Of a stretch of 64,000 nt of DNA, positions 41,137-51,259 are shown one piece after another. Each line of letters opens with the position of its first letter. The first letter of the stretch is position 1. A program made the translations under genes and the position numbers. The stretch covers positions 20,384 to 84,383 of the forward strand of contig JABGTK010000004.1 in the NCBI GenBank assembly GCA_018647265.1. Reading direction: 5' to 3'. Under the pieces are notes generated by a model. The model made no database searches and was not told the origin of the DNA. It worked only from the letters and a program-made list of their open reading frames with translations. The DNA is from Fidelibacterota bacterium. Its GTDB lineage: Bacteria; Fidelibacterota; Marinisomatia; Marinisomatales; TCS55.

Positions 41137-43051
41137 TCTTCTGCCCAATATTAAATCTCCAGCGGATATTAAAAATTATTCCATGGATGAACTGCGACAA
41201 TTGGCTGATGAAGTAAGGCACCATACAATAGAAGTGGTTAGTCAGGTGGGCGGTCATTTGGCCCCAACATTGGGTGTTGTTGAATTAACCGTAGCCCTTC
41301 ACAAAGTATTTAATACACCGGATGATAAAATTGTTTGGGATGTGGGTCATCAAGGCTATGCCCATAAACTACTTACGGGACGATTTGATGCATTCCCAAC
41401 CATACGCCAATATGGTGGCTTAAGTGGTTTTTTAAAGCGATCCGAAAGTGAATATGATGCATTTGGGGCAGGTCATGCATCCACATCTATTTCGGCTGCT
41501 ACAGGCATTGCAGAAGCGCAAAAACGTACAGGAAAAAATTATCGTGTTGTTTCAGTTATTGGCGATGGTTCAATGACGGGCGGATTAGCTTTTGAAGCAT
41601 TAAACAATGCGGGCCATTTGCGAACACCAATGCTAGTGGTTCTGAATGATAATGAAATGTCCATTAGTCCCAATGTAGGCGCTATCAATACTTATTTAAC
41701 TAGAATTGTAACAAATCCACTTTATAACAGGATTCGGGATGAGATCTGGAAAATTTCTGGAAAATTACCTTTTGGAAAGCGCACAGCCCGAACCATGCTG
41801 CATCGAATAGAAGAAAGTTTAAAATCTTTACTAGTCCCGGGGATGCTATTTGAAGAATTGGGGTTTCGTTATATTGGTCCTGTAGATGGCCATAACTTGG
41901 ATGAATTGGTACCAACCTTGGATCGAATCAAAGATTTAAAAACACCTGCCTTGTTGCATATCCTAACTAAAAAGGGTAAGGGTATGGTCTCTACTAATGG
42001 AGAGAATGGACAATACTACAGCGATGCGGTAAAATTCCATGCTGTGAAACCAAACGGGAAGGCAAAAGAAAAAATTTCTTCTCCAACGGATGTAGAACCC
42101 AGTGCGCCCATTTTTCAGAATGTATTCGGAGCGCTGGTTTGTGAAGTAGCTCGAAACAGGGATGATACAGTTTGTATAACAGCTGCCATGCGTGAGGGGA
42201 CAGGCTTGGTACCCTTTGCGAAGGAATTTCCCGATCGCTATTATGATGTGGGTATTGCAGAAGGCCATGGTGTTACTTTTGCGGCAGGATTAGCTACTGA
42301 AGGTGTTCGTCCCATCGTCGCTATTTATTCAACATTTTTACAACGTGCTTTTGACCATATTGTCCACGATGTGGCCATTCAACATTTACCTGTTGTATTC
42401 TGTTTGGATCGCTCAGGTATAGCCGGTGAAGATGGCCCCACCCATCATGGCGCATTGGATATTTCTTACTTGAAATGCATACAGGGAATGGTTGTTGCGG
42501 CGCCAAAGAATGGAAATGAATTGCGCCATTTACTTTATACTGGACTCGATTACCAAGATGGCCCTTTTGCCATTCGATATCCTAAAGGATCCTCGAAAGA
42601 ATTTGATACCAATGGTCAAGCTGAACTTTTGCCCATTGGCAGTTGGGAAGTTATGCGCCACGGAACTGATGTGGTGATCCTTGCAGTGGGTGCCCAAGTT
42701 TATGATGCCTTAGACGCGGCTGATAGGTTGAGCCAATCCGGAGTGAATTGTGAAATAGTAAACTGTCGCTTCATTAAACCAATGGACGAGGGATATTTAG
42801 AATCAATTATTGGCCGCTTCAATCAAGTGGTCACGGTAGAAGAAGGTGTAAAAACCGGCGGTTTTGGTGAAGGTGTATTGGCATGGCTATCCACCCATGA
42901 CTTTGTAGGGAAAACTCGAATTATTAGCCTTCCAAATGAATTTGTTGAGCATGGTCCTCGTGATATTTTATTGAAGAATTGCGGTATTAGCCAAAATGGT
43001 ATTGTTGATGCGGTTGATGTATCTCAATATCATGTTGAATTGGATAAATAG
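41126..43051 (+). CDS. dxs: 1-deoxy-D-xylulose-5-phosphate synthase
   Basis: GGHL.P.LG.VELT.ALH, DVGHQ.Y.HK.LTGR, and the TPP motif GDGSMTGG...EALN. Start placed at ATG 41126 (MQLSLLPNIKSP...), an 11-nt overlap with pdxT. Confidence 0.93.
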   Translation: MQLSLLPNIKSPADIKNYSMDELRQLADEVRHHTIEVVSQVGGHLAPTLGVVELTVALHKVFNTPDDKIVWDVGHQGYAHKLLTGRFDAFPTIRQYGGLSGFLKRSESEYDAFGAGHASTSISAATGIAEAQKRTGKNYRVVSVIGDGSMTGGLAFEALNNAGHLRTPMLVVLNDNEMSISPNVGAINTYLTRIVTNPLYNRIRDEIWKISGKLPFGKRTARTMLHRIEESLKSLLVPGMLFEELGFRYIGPVDGHNLDELVPTLDRIKDLKTPALLHILTKKGKGMVSTNGENGQYYSDAVKFHAVKPNGKAKEKISSPTDVEPSAPIFQNVFGALVCEVARNRDDTVCITAAMREGTGLVPFAKEFPDRYYDVGIAEGHGVTFAAGLATEGVRPIVAIYSTFLQRAFDHIVHDVAIQHLPVVFCLDRSGIAGEDGPTHHGALDISYLKCIQGMVVAAPKNGNELRHLLYTGLDYQDGPFAIRYPKGSSKEFDTNGQAELLPIGSWEVMRHGTDVVILAVGAQVYDALDAADRLSQSGVNCEIVNCRFIKPMDEGYLESIIGRFNQVVTVEEGVKTGGFGEGVLAWLSTHDFVGKTRIISLPNEFVEHGPRDILLKNCGISQNGIVDAVDVSQYHVELDK

Positions 43052-43054
43052 TCA

Positions 43055-44776
43055 ATGAGCTCAATCGTATTGGTCCTTATAGGTCTTTCTTTTCTTTTCC
43101 TCGGATATAAATTTTACTCCAAATTTGTAGGTCAACGAATTTTTGGTATGAAAGATGAGAGTCATCCAATGCCTTCCAAAGAATTTGAAGATGGTGTGGA
43201 TTTTGTCCCGACAAAAAAACATATACTTTTCGGACATCACTTTACATCCATTGCTGGGGCAGCGCCTATAATTGGTCCTTGTGTGGCAGCATATTGGGGA
43301 TGGCTGCCGGCCTTAGTATGGATATTGGTAGGTACTGTATTTATGGGAGCCGTCCATGATTTTGGCGCACTAGTCACCAGTGCAAAAGAAAAAGGTCGCA
43401 GTATAGCTGATATTGCTTCTACGACGATCAGTAAAAGAGTTCGTCTCATGTTTCTAATCTTTATCATTCTATTGGTCTGGCTAGTTTTGGCTGTTTTTGC
43501 TATGGCAATTGCCGATTTATTCGTAGGAATTCCTGCATCAGTAATTCCCATCAATATTGAAATTATTATCGCTATCATTATGGGGTTTTTGATTTATAAA
43601 AAGAAAATGGATATCCTAATTCCATCCTTGGTTGCTTTAGCTTTATTATACTTTTTTATCTGGGTTGGTACAAAAGCGCCCATTGATTTCACTACAGCAA
43701 TGCCGGTTCAAGATGCTAAGAATTTGTGGATCATCTTGTTATTTATTTATTCAGCTATTGCCAGTTTATTACCGGTATGGACCCTGCTTCAGCCTCGGGA
43801 TTATATTAACAGCCACCAACTATTTGTGGGCTTGGGACTATTGTTTTTAGGAATTTTTGTAGCCCAGCCTATAGTTGATGCACCGGCCATTAGGTCTTTT
43901 TCTGAGCCTGGAGTGCCAGGGCTGTTCCCTCTTCTTTTCGTTACAGTTGCCTGTGGCGCAATTAGTGGATTTCATGGATTGGTGGCATCAGGAACATCTT
44001 CAAAACAGTTAGAAAAGTTATCTGATGCTCGAATGGTTGGCTATGGCGGAATGATCGGGGAGGGAACGTTAGCCTTGGCCTCAACCATCGCGGCGGTGGC
44101 GGGGATATCTTTGGTTACCCAATGTAATTTGCCCACTGTTGGTCCAGTTGCAGATTTGAATTGGGCAGTTTATTACGATTCATGGGAACATGCCAGTGGA
44201 AATAAAGCAACAGCATTTGTACTGGGCGGTGGCGCATTACTGCAATCATTAGGAATTTCATCTGAAATTGCAACTACCCTTATGGCCGTTTTGGTAATTT
44301 CATTTGCCGCCACAACTTTGGATACAGCCACAAGAATTCAACGATTTATCTTGAATGAATTCGGCGTTGCCACAAATATAAAACTATTGACGAATCGATA
44401 TATTGCCACTGTTATTGCAATTGTGCCGGCAATTCTATTGGCCTTTTGGAATGTATCCGATCCTGGGACGGGTGCCACTCGTCAGGCCGGTTGGTTATTA
44501 TGGCCAATCTTTGGGGCGAGTAACCAAATGCTAGCGGCACTCACACTTATGGTTCTGACCCTTTATTATTGGCAAAAGAAGAAGCCCATTCTGCCATTAT
44601 TGATTCCAATGTTGCTCATCATGGCTCTCACTTTTACAGCTTTGGCTACGAATGCGATAAAATTTTATGGTACCAATAATATTCTTTTCGGATTAACCGT
44701 TATTCTCATAGGACTCATTATTTGGATGGCTTTTGAAGGTGTGAATAAGGTATTAGAAATTCGCCGAGCACCGTAA
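43055..44776 (+). CDS. cstA: Carbon starvation protein CstA family transporter
   Basis: [16 protein letters not shown] motif, about 16 TM helices, typical CstA length. Confidence 0.85.
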   Translation: MSSIVLVLIGLSFLFLGYKFYSKFVGQRIFGMKDESHPMPSKEFEDGVDFVPTKKHILFGHHFTSIAGAAPIIGPCVAAYWGWLPALVWILVGTVFMGAVHDFGALVTSAKEKGRSIADIASTTISKRVRLMFLIFIILLVWLVLAVFAMAIADLFVGIPASVIPINIEIIIAIIMGFLIYKKKMDILIPSLVALALLYFFIWVGTKAPIDFTTAMPVQDAKNLWIILLFIYSAIASLLPVWTLLQPRDYINSHQLFVGLGLLFLGIFVAQPIVDAPAIRSFSEPGVPGLFPLLFVTVACGAISGFHGLVASGTSSKQLEKLSDARMVGYGGMIGEGTLALASTIAAVAGISLVTQCNLPTVGPVADLNWAVYYDSWEHASGNKATAFVLGGGALLQSLGISSEIATTLMAVLVISFAATTLDTATRIQRFILNEFGVATNIKLLTNRYIATVIAIVPAILLAFWNVSDPGTGATRQAGWLLWPIFGASNQMLAALTLMVLTLYYWQKKKPILPLLIPMLLIMALTFTALATNAIKFYGTNNILFGLTVILIGLIIWMAFEGVNKVLEIRRAP

Positions 44777-44807
44777 ATTTCAAATTACAATTACAGCCAA
44801 TACGGAT

Positions 44808-46466
44808 ATGTCTGATCAATTAGAATTATTTAATCAAGCCAAACAACAGTGGAAAGAGGAAGCGAAATCTTCTGCCACTAGAGATTATAGCTTTGAAACA
44901 CTGAGCGGTGAATCATTGGAATCGCTATATTATCCTAAAAACCCTGGTAATGGATTTTTAGATAAATTGGGATTCCCCGGGCAATTCCCATATACGCGTG
45001 GTGTCCACGCCAATATGTATCGGGGTAAACTTTGGACCAAACGGCAATTCTCCGGATTTGGCACGCCGGAAGAAACCAACGCCCGCTACCATTCTTTATT
45101 AAGCAAAGGACAGACTGGATTATCGGTTGCCTTTGATATGCCCACATTAATGGGCTATGATCCAGATCACCCTTGGTCTAAAGGTGAAGTGGGGAAGTGC
45201 GGTGTCAGTATTGCATCCATCAAAGATATGGAACGGCTGTTTGAAGGAATAAATTTGGGTGATATTTCTGTGTCCCAGACGATTAATGGTCCCGCTGTCA
45301 TCTTATTGGCCTTTTATATTGCCGTTGCCCAAAATCAAGGAGTACCATTAGAAAATTTGCGCGGCACCCTCCAAAATGATATTCTGAAAGAATTTATTGC
45401 CCAAAAAGAATGGATATTTCCACCGGAACCATCCATGAGAGTTATTACTGATATGATGTCTTTTTGCACTGAGCATATGCCTCAGTACAATACCATTTCA
45501 ATTTCTGGTTACCACATCCGGGAAGCAGGATCCACCGCCGCCCAGGAGTTGGCTTTTACACTGGCGGATGGATTTACCTATGTGGAATACGCTATAGATG
45601 CAGGCTTGGATGTTGATGCATTCGCGCCTCGCTTATCCTTCTTTTTTAATTCCCACATGGATTTCTTTGAAGAAATTGCAAAGTACCGTGCCGCCCGTCG
45701 CATTTGGGCTAAACGGATGAAAAATAAATATGGCGCCAAGAATCCGCGCTCATGGAAATTGAGATTCCATACCCAAACTGCAGGATGCTCACTTACAGCT
45801 CAACAGCCTGAGAACAATATCGCCCGAACGGGCTTTCAAGCTATGGCGGCAGTTTTAGGCGGCACCCAATCGCTTCATACAAATTCAATGGATGAAACTT
45901 TAGCATTACCCACAGAAAAATCAGCCGAGATTGCACTGCGAACCCAACAATTGATTGCTTTTGAAACTGGTGTAGCTAATGTAGCCGATCCGCTAGGGGG
46001 ATCATGGTTTGTGGAATCCTTAACAGATCAAATGGAAGCAGAAGCAGAAAAATATTTTGATGAAATTGAAAACCAAGGTGGTGTAATCTCTGCTATTGAA
46101 AAGGGATACTTTCAACGGGAAATTGCCCGTGCTGCCTCTATTTACCAACAGAAAATTGATAATAAACAATTGATTCATGTGGGTGTAAATAAATTCGTAA
46201 AGAAGGATGAAGAAATTGATATTCCTTTATTGGAAATTGGTGATAAAGCTGAAACCCTTCAGTTGAAAGCTTTGGCCGATTTGAGGATTGGGAGAAATGA
46301 GAATGCTGTAAAGGTGGCACTAATCCAAATACAGGAAGCTTGTGCTAATGGGGATAACATTATGCCACCTATCGTAGAAGCGGCCAAAATATTTGCAACA
46401 ATGGGTGAAATTGTGGTGGCCATGAAATCTGAATTTGGCGAATGGCAAGAATCTGCTATATTTTAA
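44808..46466 (+). CDS. Methylmalonyl-CoA mutase-family large (substrate-binding TIM barrel) subunit, without a fused B12-binding domain
   Basis: PG.FPYTRG, R.FSGFG..EE.N.R...[24 protein letters not shown], and HTQTAG.SLTAQQP. It ends before the Rossmann-like cobalamin domain. Confidence 0.85.
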   Translation: MSDQLELFNQAKQQWKEEAKSSATRDYSFETLSGESLESLYYPKNPGNGFLDKLGFPGQFPYTRGVHANMYRGKLWTKRQFSGFGTPEETNARYHSLLSKGQTGLSVAFDMPTLMGYDPDHPWSKGEVGKCGVSIASIKDMERLFEGINLGDISVSQTINGPAVILLAFYIAVAQNQGVPLENLRGTLQNDILKEFIAQKEWIFPPEPSMRVITDMMSFCTEHMPQYNTISISGYHIREAGSTAAQELAFTLADGFTYVEYAIDAGLDVDAFAPRLSFFFNSHMDFFEEIAKYRAARRIWAKRMKNKYGAKNPRSWKLRFHTQTAGCSLTAQQPENNIARTGFQAMAAVLGGTQSLHTNSMDETLALPTEKSAEIALRTQQLIAFETGVANVADPLGGSWFVESLTDQMEAEAEKYFDEIENQGGVISAIEKGYFQREIARAASIYQQKIDNKQLIHVGVNKFVKKDEEIDIPLLEIGDKAETLQLKALADLRIGRNENAVKVALIQIQEACANGDNIMPPIVEAAKIFATMGEIVVAMKSEFGEWQESAIF

Positions 46467-46474
46467 GGGAAAAC

Positions 46475-46909
46475 ATGAATAGTAATAAAAAATTTAAACT
46501 AATGATCAGTGGGGTAATTGCTGTTGTGATTTTTTGGATTAGCTGGGTTTCTTCAAATCCTGCTGATGAAAAAGCCATGGCAACTTTTGTGTCCGTGGAT
46601 GAACTCATCAAGGATAAGACGAACCGCCGTACGAAATTGGGAGGGTTGGTAAAAGATGGTTCTATTGTGATATCAGAAACAAATTATCTGGATTGCACTT
46701 TTATTCTGAAAGAAGGCGAAACAGAATTGGGAGTAAAGTATGACCGTACACGTCCAGATCTTTTCAAAGACGGAGCAGAGGTTATTGTCACCGGTCACTA
46801 TCTCAATGGCACGTTTTACGCCGACGAATTGCAAACCAAATGTGCTTCCCGTTACGAAGGTGATCTTCGGGATGAAACTAGTTATAACTTAAACGAAATC
46901 GATACATGA
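46475..46909 (+). CDS. ccmE: Cytochrome c maturation heme chaperone CcmE, CXXXY variant
   Basis: N-terminal TM and OB-fold (RTKLGGLV..GS, PDLFKDGAEVIV.G). It aligns to E. coli CcmE with C-A-S-R-Y (46841-46855) where HDENY normally sits. Start placed at ATG 46475. Confidence 0.82.
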   Translation: MNSNKKFKLMISGVIAVVIFWISWVSSNPADEKAMATFVSVDELIKDKTNRRTKLGGLVKDGSIVISETNYLDCTFILKEGETELGVKYDRTRPDLFKDGAEVIVTGHYLNGTFYADELQTKCASRYEGDLRDETSYNLNEIDT

Positions 46910-48879
46910 CCCCAATTGCCGGTAGTGTGGCACTAAACCTGGCATTCGGGTTTAGCATTCTCACTGTAATAACACTGATTTTCTATACGCAAACCAAAGA
47001 TCAACGCTTGGTTCTCACCGGCCAACGATTGGCTTTGGGTGTTTCATTCTTTGTATTTCTTGCCACTTTTATTCTCAGTTACCAATTGCTGATTGGCAAT
47101 TTTGATGTGGATTATGTTGCCCGATATACCAGTATAGAAACGCCAACTATTTATAAAATATCCGCCCTTTGGGCCGGACAGTCCGGATCACTATTATTTT
47201 GGTTATTTATTTTATCAATTTACACCACCATTGTGATATTGCAAAACCAGCGGAAGCATAATAGACTTATGCCTTGGGTGATTATTACATTAGCAATTAT
47301 TCAAATGTTTTTTCTGGTGCTGACTAATTTTGTGGTTAATCCATTTTCACCCACAGAAGCAGACTTTATCGTAGCCAATGGGAATGGGTTGAATCCGCTT
47401 TTACAAAATATAACGATGGCAATTCACCCACCTACCTTGTATTTAGGCTATGTGGGTTTTTCAGTCCCTTTTGGTTTTGCCATTTCAGCACTCATGAACC
47501 GCGACACTAGCCCATTATGGATCCAGAGTATTCGTCGCTGGACATTGGTGGCATGGTTATTTTTAAGTATGGGAATTATCCTCGGCGGCTGGTGGGCCTA
47601 CCAGGAATTAGGTTGGGGCGGTTACTGGGCTTGGGACCCAGTTGAAAATGCCAGTTTTATGCCTTGGCTAACTGCAACTGCTTTTATTCATTCCATCATA
47701 ATCCAGGAAAAGAAGGACATGCTTCGAGTGTGGAATATGGTTTTAATTATAATCACATTTACACTTTGTATTTTTGGTACTTTTCTTACGCGGTCTGGCG
47801 TTATGAGTTCTGTTCATTCATTCACAGCTTCTTCATTGGGTCCGATTTTCTTAACATTTGTTTTCTTTATACTGGTAGCATCTTTTGGATTAATGTACAC
47901 TCGATTGAACGATTTACGCTCACCACGAAAAATGGAATCTTTCACATCCCGTGAAAGTGGTTTTTTATTCAACAATATGGTTTTTGTTGTTTTGTGTTTT
48001 TCTGTGTTTTGGGGGACGCTTTTTCCAGTGATCTCTGAAGCGGTTCGGGGAACAAAAATTACTGTTGGCCCACCATTCTTTAATCAAATCAATATACCAA
48101 TCGGATTGATTTTATTGGCATTAACAGGTATTGGGCCATTATTAGCTTGGCGAAAGACAGGAAGAAAAAGCTTAATCAGAAATTTTACATTCCCAATTTT
48201 AACTGGATTGATTACAATGATAATCCTTCTGATCCTTGGGTATACTGGAAATGTAGTGATTTCATTTAGCTTATGTGCTTTTGTAACGGCTACAGTTTTA
48301 ACTGAATTTGTCCGTGGCATTCGGGCTCGAACGAATAAATTTAATGAATCTATATTTACTGCATTAATCCGAATGGTGAGTAAAAATCGTTCCCGTTATG
48401 GTGGATATGTTGTTCATTTAGGTATCGTATTTATGTTCATTGGTTTCACGGGCCATGCCTTTGACAAGGAGAAAGAATTCAGTCTAAAGGTCGGGGAGAA
48501 GAATCATGTGGCGGGATATGAATTTGAATTAACTCAATTATCAGAATCAGAACGACTTAACCATTATGCCTGGATTTCAGATTTACGGGTAACAAATTCT
48601 GAGGGTGAATTCGTCACTAATCTTCATCCTGAAAAAAGAATCTATTTCCATAATAATCCAGATATAAATCGTCGACAACCTCATAGCGAATTGGATATTT
48701 ATACTACAATGAATAAAGATATTTATTCAATCTTTTCTGCTGTTGACAATGAGAATGGAGTTGCATTTATAAAAATTATGGTAAATCCTCTCGTGCGCTG
48801 GGTTTGGGTCGGCGGTTATATTCTCGTTTTTGGTACGGTGGTAGCAATGTGGCCAAGGAAAGATCAACAATGGATATAA
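46906..48879 (+). CDS. ccmF: Cytochrome c-type biogenesis protein CcmF (heme lyase)
   Basis: Trp-rich motif WGGYWAWDPVEN, multiple TM helices, about 650 aa. Confidence 0.92.
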   Translation: MTPIAGSVALNLAFGFSILTVITLIFYTQTKDQRLVLTGQRLALGVSFFVFLATFILSYQLLIGNFDVDYVARYTSIETPTIYKISALWAGQSGSLLFWLFILSIYTTIVILQNQRKHNRLMPWVIITLAIIQMFFLVLTNFVVNPFSPTEADFIVANGNGLNPLLQNITMAIHPPTLYLGYVGFSVPFGFAISALMNRDTSPLWIQSIRRWTLVAWLFLSMGIILGGWWAYQELGWGGYWAWDPVENASFMPWLTATAFIHSIIIQEKKDMLRVWNMVLIIITFTLCIFGTFLTRSGVMSSVHSFTASSLGPIFLTFVFFILVASFGLMYTRLNDLRSPRKMESFTSRESGFLFNNMVFVVLCFSVFWGTLFPVISEAVRGTKITVGPPFFNQINIPIGLILLALTGIGPLLAWRKTGRKSLIRNFTFPILTGLITMIILLILGYTGNVVISFSLCAFVTATVLTEFVRGIRARTNKFNESIFTALIRMVSKNRSRYGGYVVHLGIVFMFIGFTGHAFDKEKEFSLKVGEKNHVAGYEFELTQLSESERLNHYAWISDLRVTNSEGEFVTNLHPEKRIYFHNNPDINRRQPHSELDIYTTMNKDIYSIFSAVDNENGVAFIKIMVNPLVRWVWVGGYILVFGTVVAMWPRKDQQWI

Positions 48880-49145
48880 TCCGTGATTATAGCTTGGTAC
48901 TTATCTTCTTCATATTGCCAATAATCTTTATACTTCAGCCCTTATTTTTACCCTATTTTGAAGCGCCGGATGATGTTGCCGATATTCCTTCATTAAGACG
49001 CAAAAAACTTTTACTATACCGCCAAATTAATGAATTAGAAATGGAGTTTGACATTGGGAATATAAATGAAGAAGATTTCCAGTCTGGCCGGAATGAATTA
49101 AAGCAGGAAGTTTCTGAAATCATTGCCCTATTGATGGCCAAGTAG
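48870..49145 (+). CDS. Small membrane protein resembling the N-terminal module of CcmI (CycH)
   Basis: One TM helix, then LYRQINELEMEFDIGNINEEDFQSGRNELKQEV. This resembles the CcmI pattern VYRDQL.E...D...G.I...E......EI. Located between ccmF and ccmA. Start placed at ATG 48870. Confidence 0.4.
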   Translation: MDIIRDYSLVLIFFILPIIFILQPLFLPYFEAPDDVADIPSLRRKKLLLYRQINELEMEFDIGNINEEDFQSGRNELKQEVSEIIALLMAK

Positions 49146-49154
49146 CGTGTTTTA

Positions 49155-49790
49155 ATGCTATTAGTTTCAAATGTAAAAAAATCCTTTAATCATCGTCCCG
49201 TGTTAAAAAATGTTTCCTTTTCTATAAAGAAAGAAGAAACAGTAGTCATCATGGGTAAGAATGGTGCAGGAAAATCTACTTTGCTTCGGATATTGGCGCG
49301 GATCATGGCATGCGATGGCGGTGAAATATCATTCCAAAATGGTGATTTGCTAAAAGGACTTCCCTCTATAAGAAAAAATATATTATATCTAGGTCATGCA
49401 CCGGCAATGTATACCGCTTTATCGGCAGTTGAAAATTTAAAATTAGCCATGCAATTAAGAGGTATGACCATCGGTCGCTCAAAGATTAAAAAACAGCTGG
49501 GTCAATTTGGATTATTTGATCAAGTAGACGATCCAATCTCGATTTATTCTCAAGGTATGCTCCAGCGCTTGAAATTGACCTATGCTGAACTAGCTCATTG
49601 GGATTTGTTGCTCATTGATGAACCATTCTCAGGTTTAGATAGGGACGGAATCGACCTCATGGATAACGCTATAAACGGTTGGAAAAATATAGGAAAATCT
49701 ATCTGCATGGTGCTTCACAACAAAGAGCGGGCAGAAGAATATGGTGATCGGATTCTTCAACTGGAGGATGGAATATTCCTTGAATCTTGA
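49155..49790 (+). CDS. ccmA: Heme exporter ATP-binding protein CcmA
   Basis: Walker A GKNGAGKST, ABC signature-like YSQGMLQR, Walker B LLIDEP. Cluster context. Confidence 0.85.
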   Translation: MLLVSNVKKSFNHRPVLKNVSFSIKKEETVVIMGKNGAGKSTLLRILARIMACDGGEISFQNGDLLKGLPSIRKNILYLGHAPAMYTALSAVENLKLAMQLRGMTIGRSKIKKQLGQFGLFDQVDDPISIYSQGMLQRLKLTYAELAHWDLLLIDEPFSGLDRDGIDLMDNAINGWKNIGKSICMVLHNKERAEEYGDRILQLEDGIFLES

Positions 49791-50452
49791 TGTTTTTCAC
49801 ATTACTTAAAAAAGAATTATTTATTGAATTTCGATCTCGGGAAGTTACCCTTTCCATGTTGGTTTTTGGACTTTCCATCATTCTTACTTTCGCATTTACA
49901 TCTAACGTATCGCCGGTGATCGTGGCCAACTATGCCCCGGGAATGTTTTGGATTATGGTGTTGTTTGTAGCAGTTTTGGGTGTTCACCGATCCTTCGCTT
50001 ATGAAAAAGAATTTGATGCTTTTTCAATGTTGATTAGCGCACCAGTTGATCGAGGACTCATTTTTCTTTCAAAATGGATTAGCGGATTCATCTTTTTATC
50101 TATAATGGAACTGCTTATTGTTCTTCCATTTTTTAAATTTTTACTAATAAATTTCCCAGCACAGCCATTATTTGCATTGGGAACAACATTGTTGATTAAT
50201 TTAGCTATTATGGCAATTGCCAATCTTGTTTCCGGACTCGCAATGCGGGCAAGATTGAGCGAAGTTCTATTACCAGTTTTATTATTTCCACTGGTATCAC
50301 CTGTAATAATAGCGGCGACAAAAATATCTGCAGGAATCATGGCTGCAGACCCCATTGAATTATGGAAAATATGGTTGTTAATCGTCCTATCTGTTATAGT
50401 AATTTTCGGCCTAGTTGGATACACTTTATTCGACTTTATTACTGAAGAATAA
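49787..50452 (+). CDS. ccmB: Heme exporter protein CcmB
   Basis: Six TM helices, about 220 aa, positioned between ccmA and ccmC. Overlapping start. Confidence 0.78.
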   Translation: MMFFTLLKKELFIEFRSREVTLSMLVFGLSIILTFAFTSNVSPVIVANYAPGMFWIMVLFVAVLGVHRSFAYEKEFDAFSMLISAPVDRGLIFLSKWISGFIFLSIMELLIVLPFFKFLLINFPAQPLFALGTTLLINLAIMAIANLVSGLAMRARLSEVLLPVLLFPLVSPVIIAATKISAGIMAADPIELWKIWLLIVLSVIVIFGLVGYTLFDFITEE

Positions 50453-51123
50453 TGAAACCATTTTTTCAAAATAAAACCAACCAAGTTTGGTTTCTATTGA
50501 CAGTCTGTCTAATGCTGTTCAATATATGGCATGTAATTTTTGTTACACCCATGGTACCTGATCAGCACTGGGCTCAAAAGATTTTCTATGTTCATGTACC
50601 CTCAGCCTGGGTTGCATTCCTATCCTTTTTTATTGTCATGGTTGCAGGCATTATGTTTTTCGTCAAAGGGGACGATCGTTGGGATGATGTAGGTCTTGCG
50701 GCGGCTGAAATTGGCACCTTATTTACGGCACTCGTTTTAACGACAGGGCCAATTTGGGCTACGCCAATTTGGGGCCAACCATGGGTATGGGAACCGCGCC
50801 TCACCACAACATTAATCTTATTCTTAATCTATATCGGTTATTTCATGATGCGATCATTTGGTGGCCATGCAGAACGTGTAAAACGTTATGCCGCCGCCTT
50901 GGGTATTATTGCCTTTGCGGATGTTCCAATTATCTTTATATCGGTCCAGTTTTGGTCACCAGAAATTCAATCCCATCCTCAGGTAGAAATGGCCCAACAG
51001 CCTACGGGAATCCTAGTGCCATTTTTATTATCTTTAGGCATTTTTACATTACTGTATACATTAATGTTGAGATATAGAATTCATGTGATACGAATTAACA
51101 ACAGGAATGTGGCTCATGTATAA
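50452..51123 (+). CDS. ccmC: Heme exporter protein CcmC
   Basis: FYVHVP..W and the Trp-rich motif WGQPWVWEPRLT (a WGxxWxWD-type motif). Confidence 0.88.
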   Translation: MKPFFQNKTNQVWFLLTVCLMLFNIWHVIFVTPMVPDQHWAQKIFYVHVPSAWVAFLSFFIVMVAGIMFFVKGDDRWDDVGLAAAEIGTLFTALVLTTGPIWATPIWGQPWVWEPRLTTTLILFLIYIGYFMMRSFGGHAERVKRYAAALGIIAFADVPIIFISVQFWSPEIQSHPQVEMAQQPTGILVPFLLSLGIFTLLYTLMLRYRIHVIRINNRNVAHV

Positions 51124-51259
51124 TTTTTTTGGTTATTTTCTGGCCGTTTATATAATTGTATTTGGAACCATTGTGGTATGGTTCACCATTCAACTTTGTT
51201 CAGAAAGTCGTTTGCTGAACAAAAATCAAACAAAAAATTCGAATAAGGAGTCGTATTAA
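51116..51259 (+). CDS. ccmD: CcmD-like small single-TM protein. Not in the supplied ORF track.
   Basis: ATG 51116 overlaps the ccmC end. Translation is MYNFFGYFLAVYIIVFGTIVVWFTIQLCSESRLLNKNQTKNSNKESY. The stop at 51257-51259 abuts the next ATG (51260). Size, position and topology fit CcmD. Confidence 0.5.
   Translation: MYNFFGYFLAVYIIVFGTIVVWFTIQLCSESRLLNKNQTKNSNKESY

Noticed and set aside
49999-50484. 161-aa ORF on the - strand
   Set aside because: It is antisense to ccmB/ccmC within a tightly overlapping + strand operon and has no recognisable motif, so I treat it as a shadow ORF.
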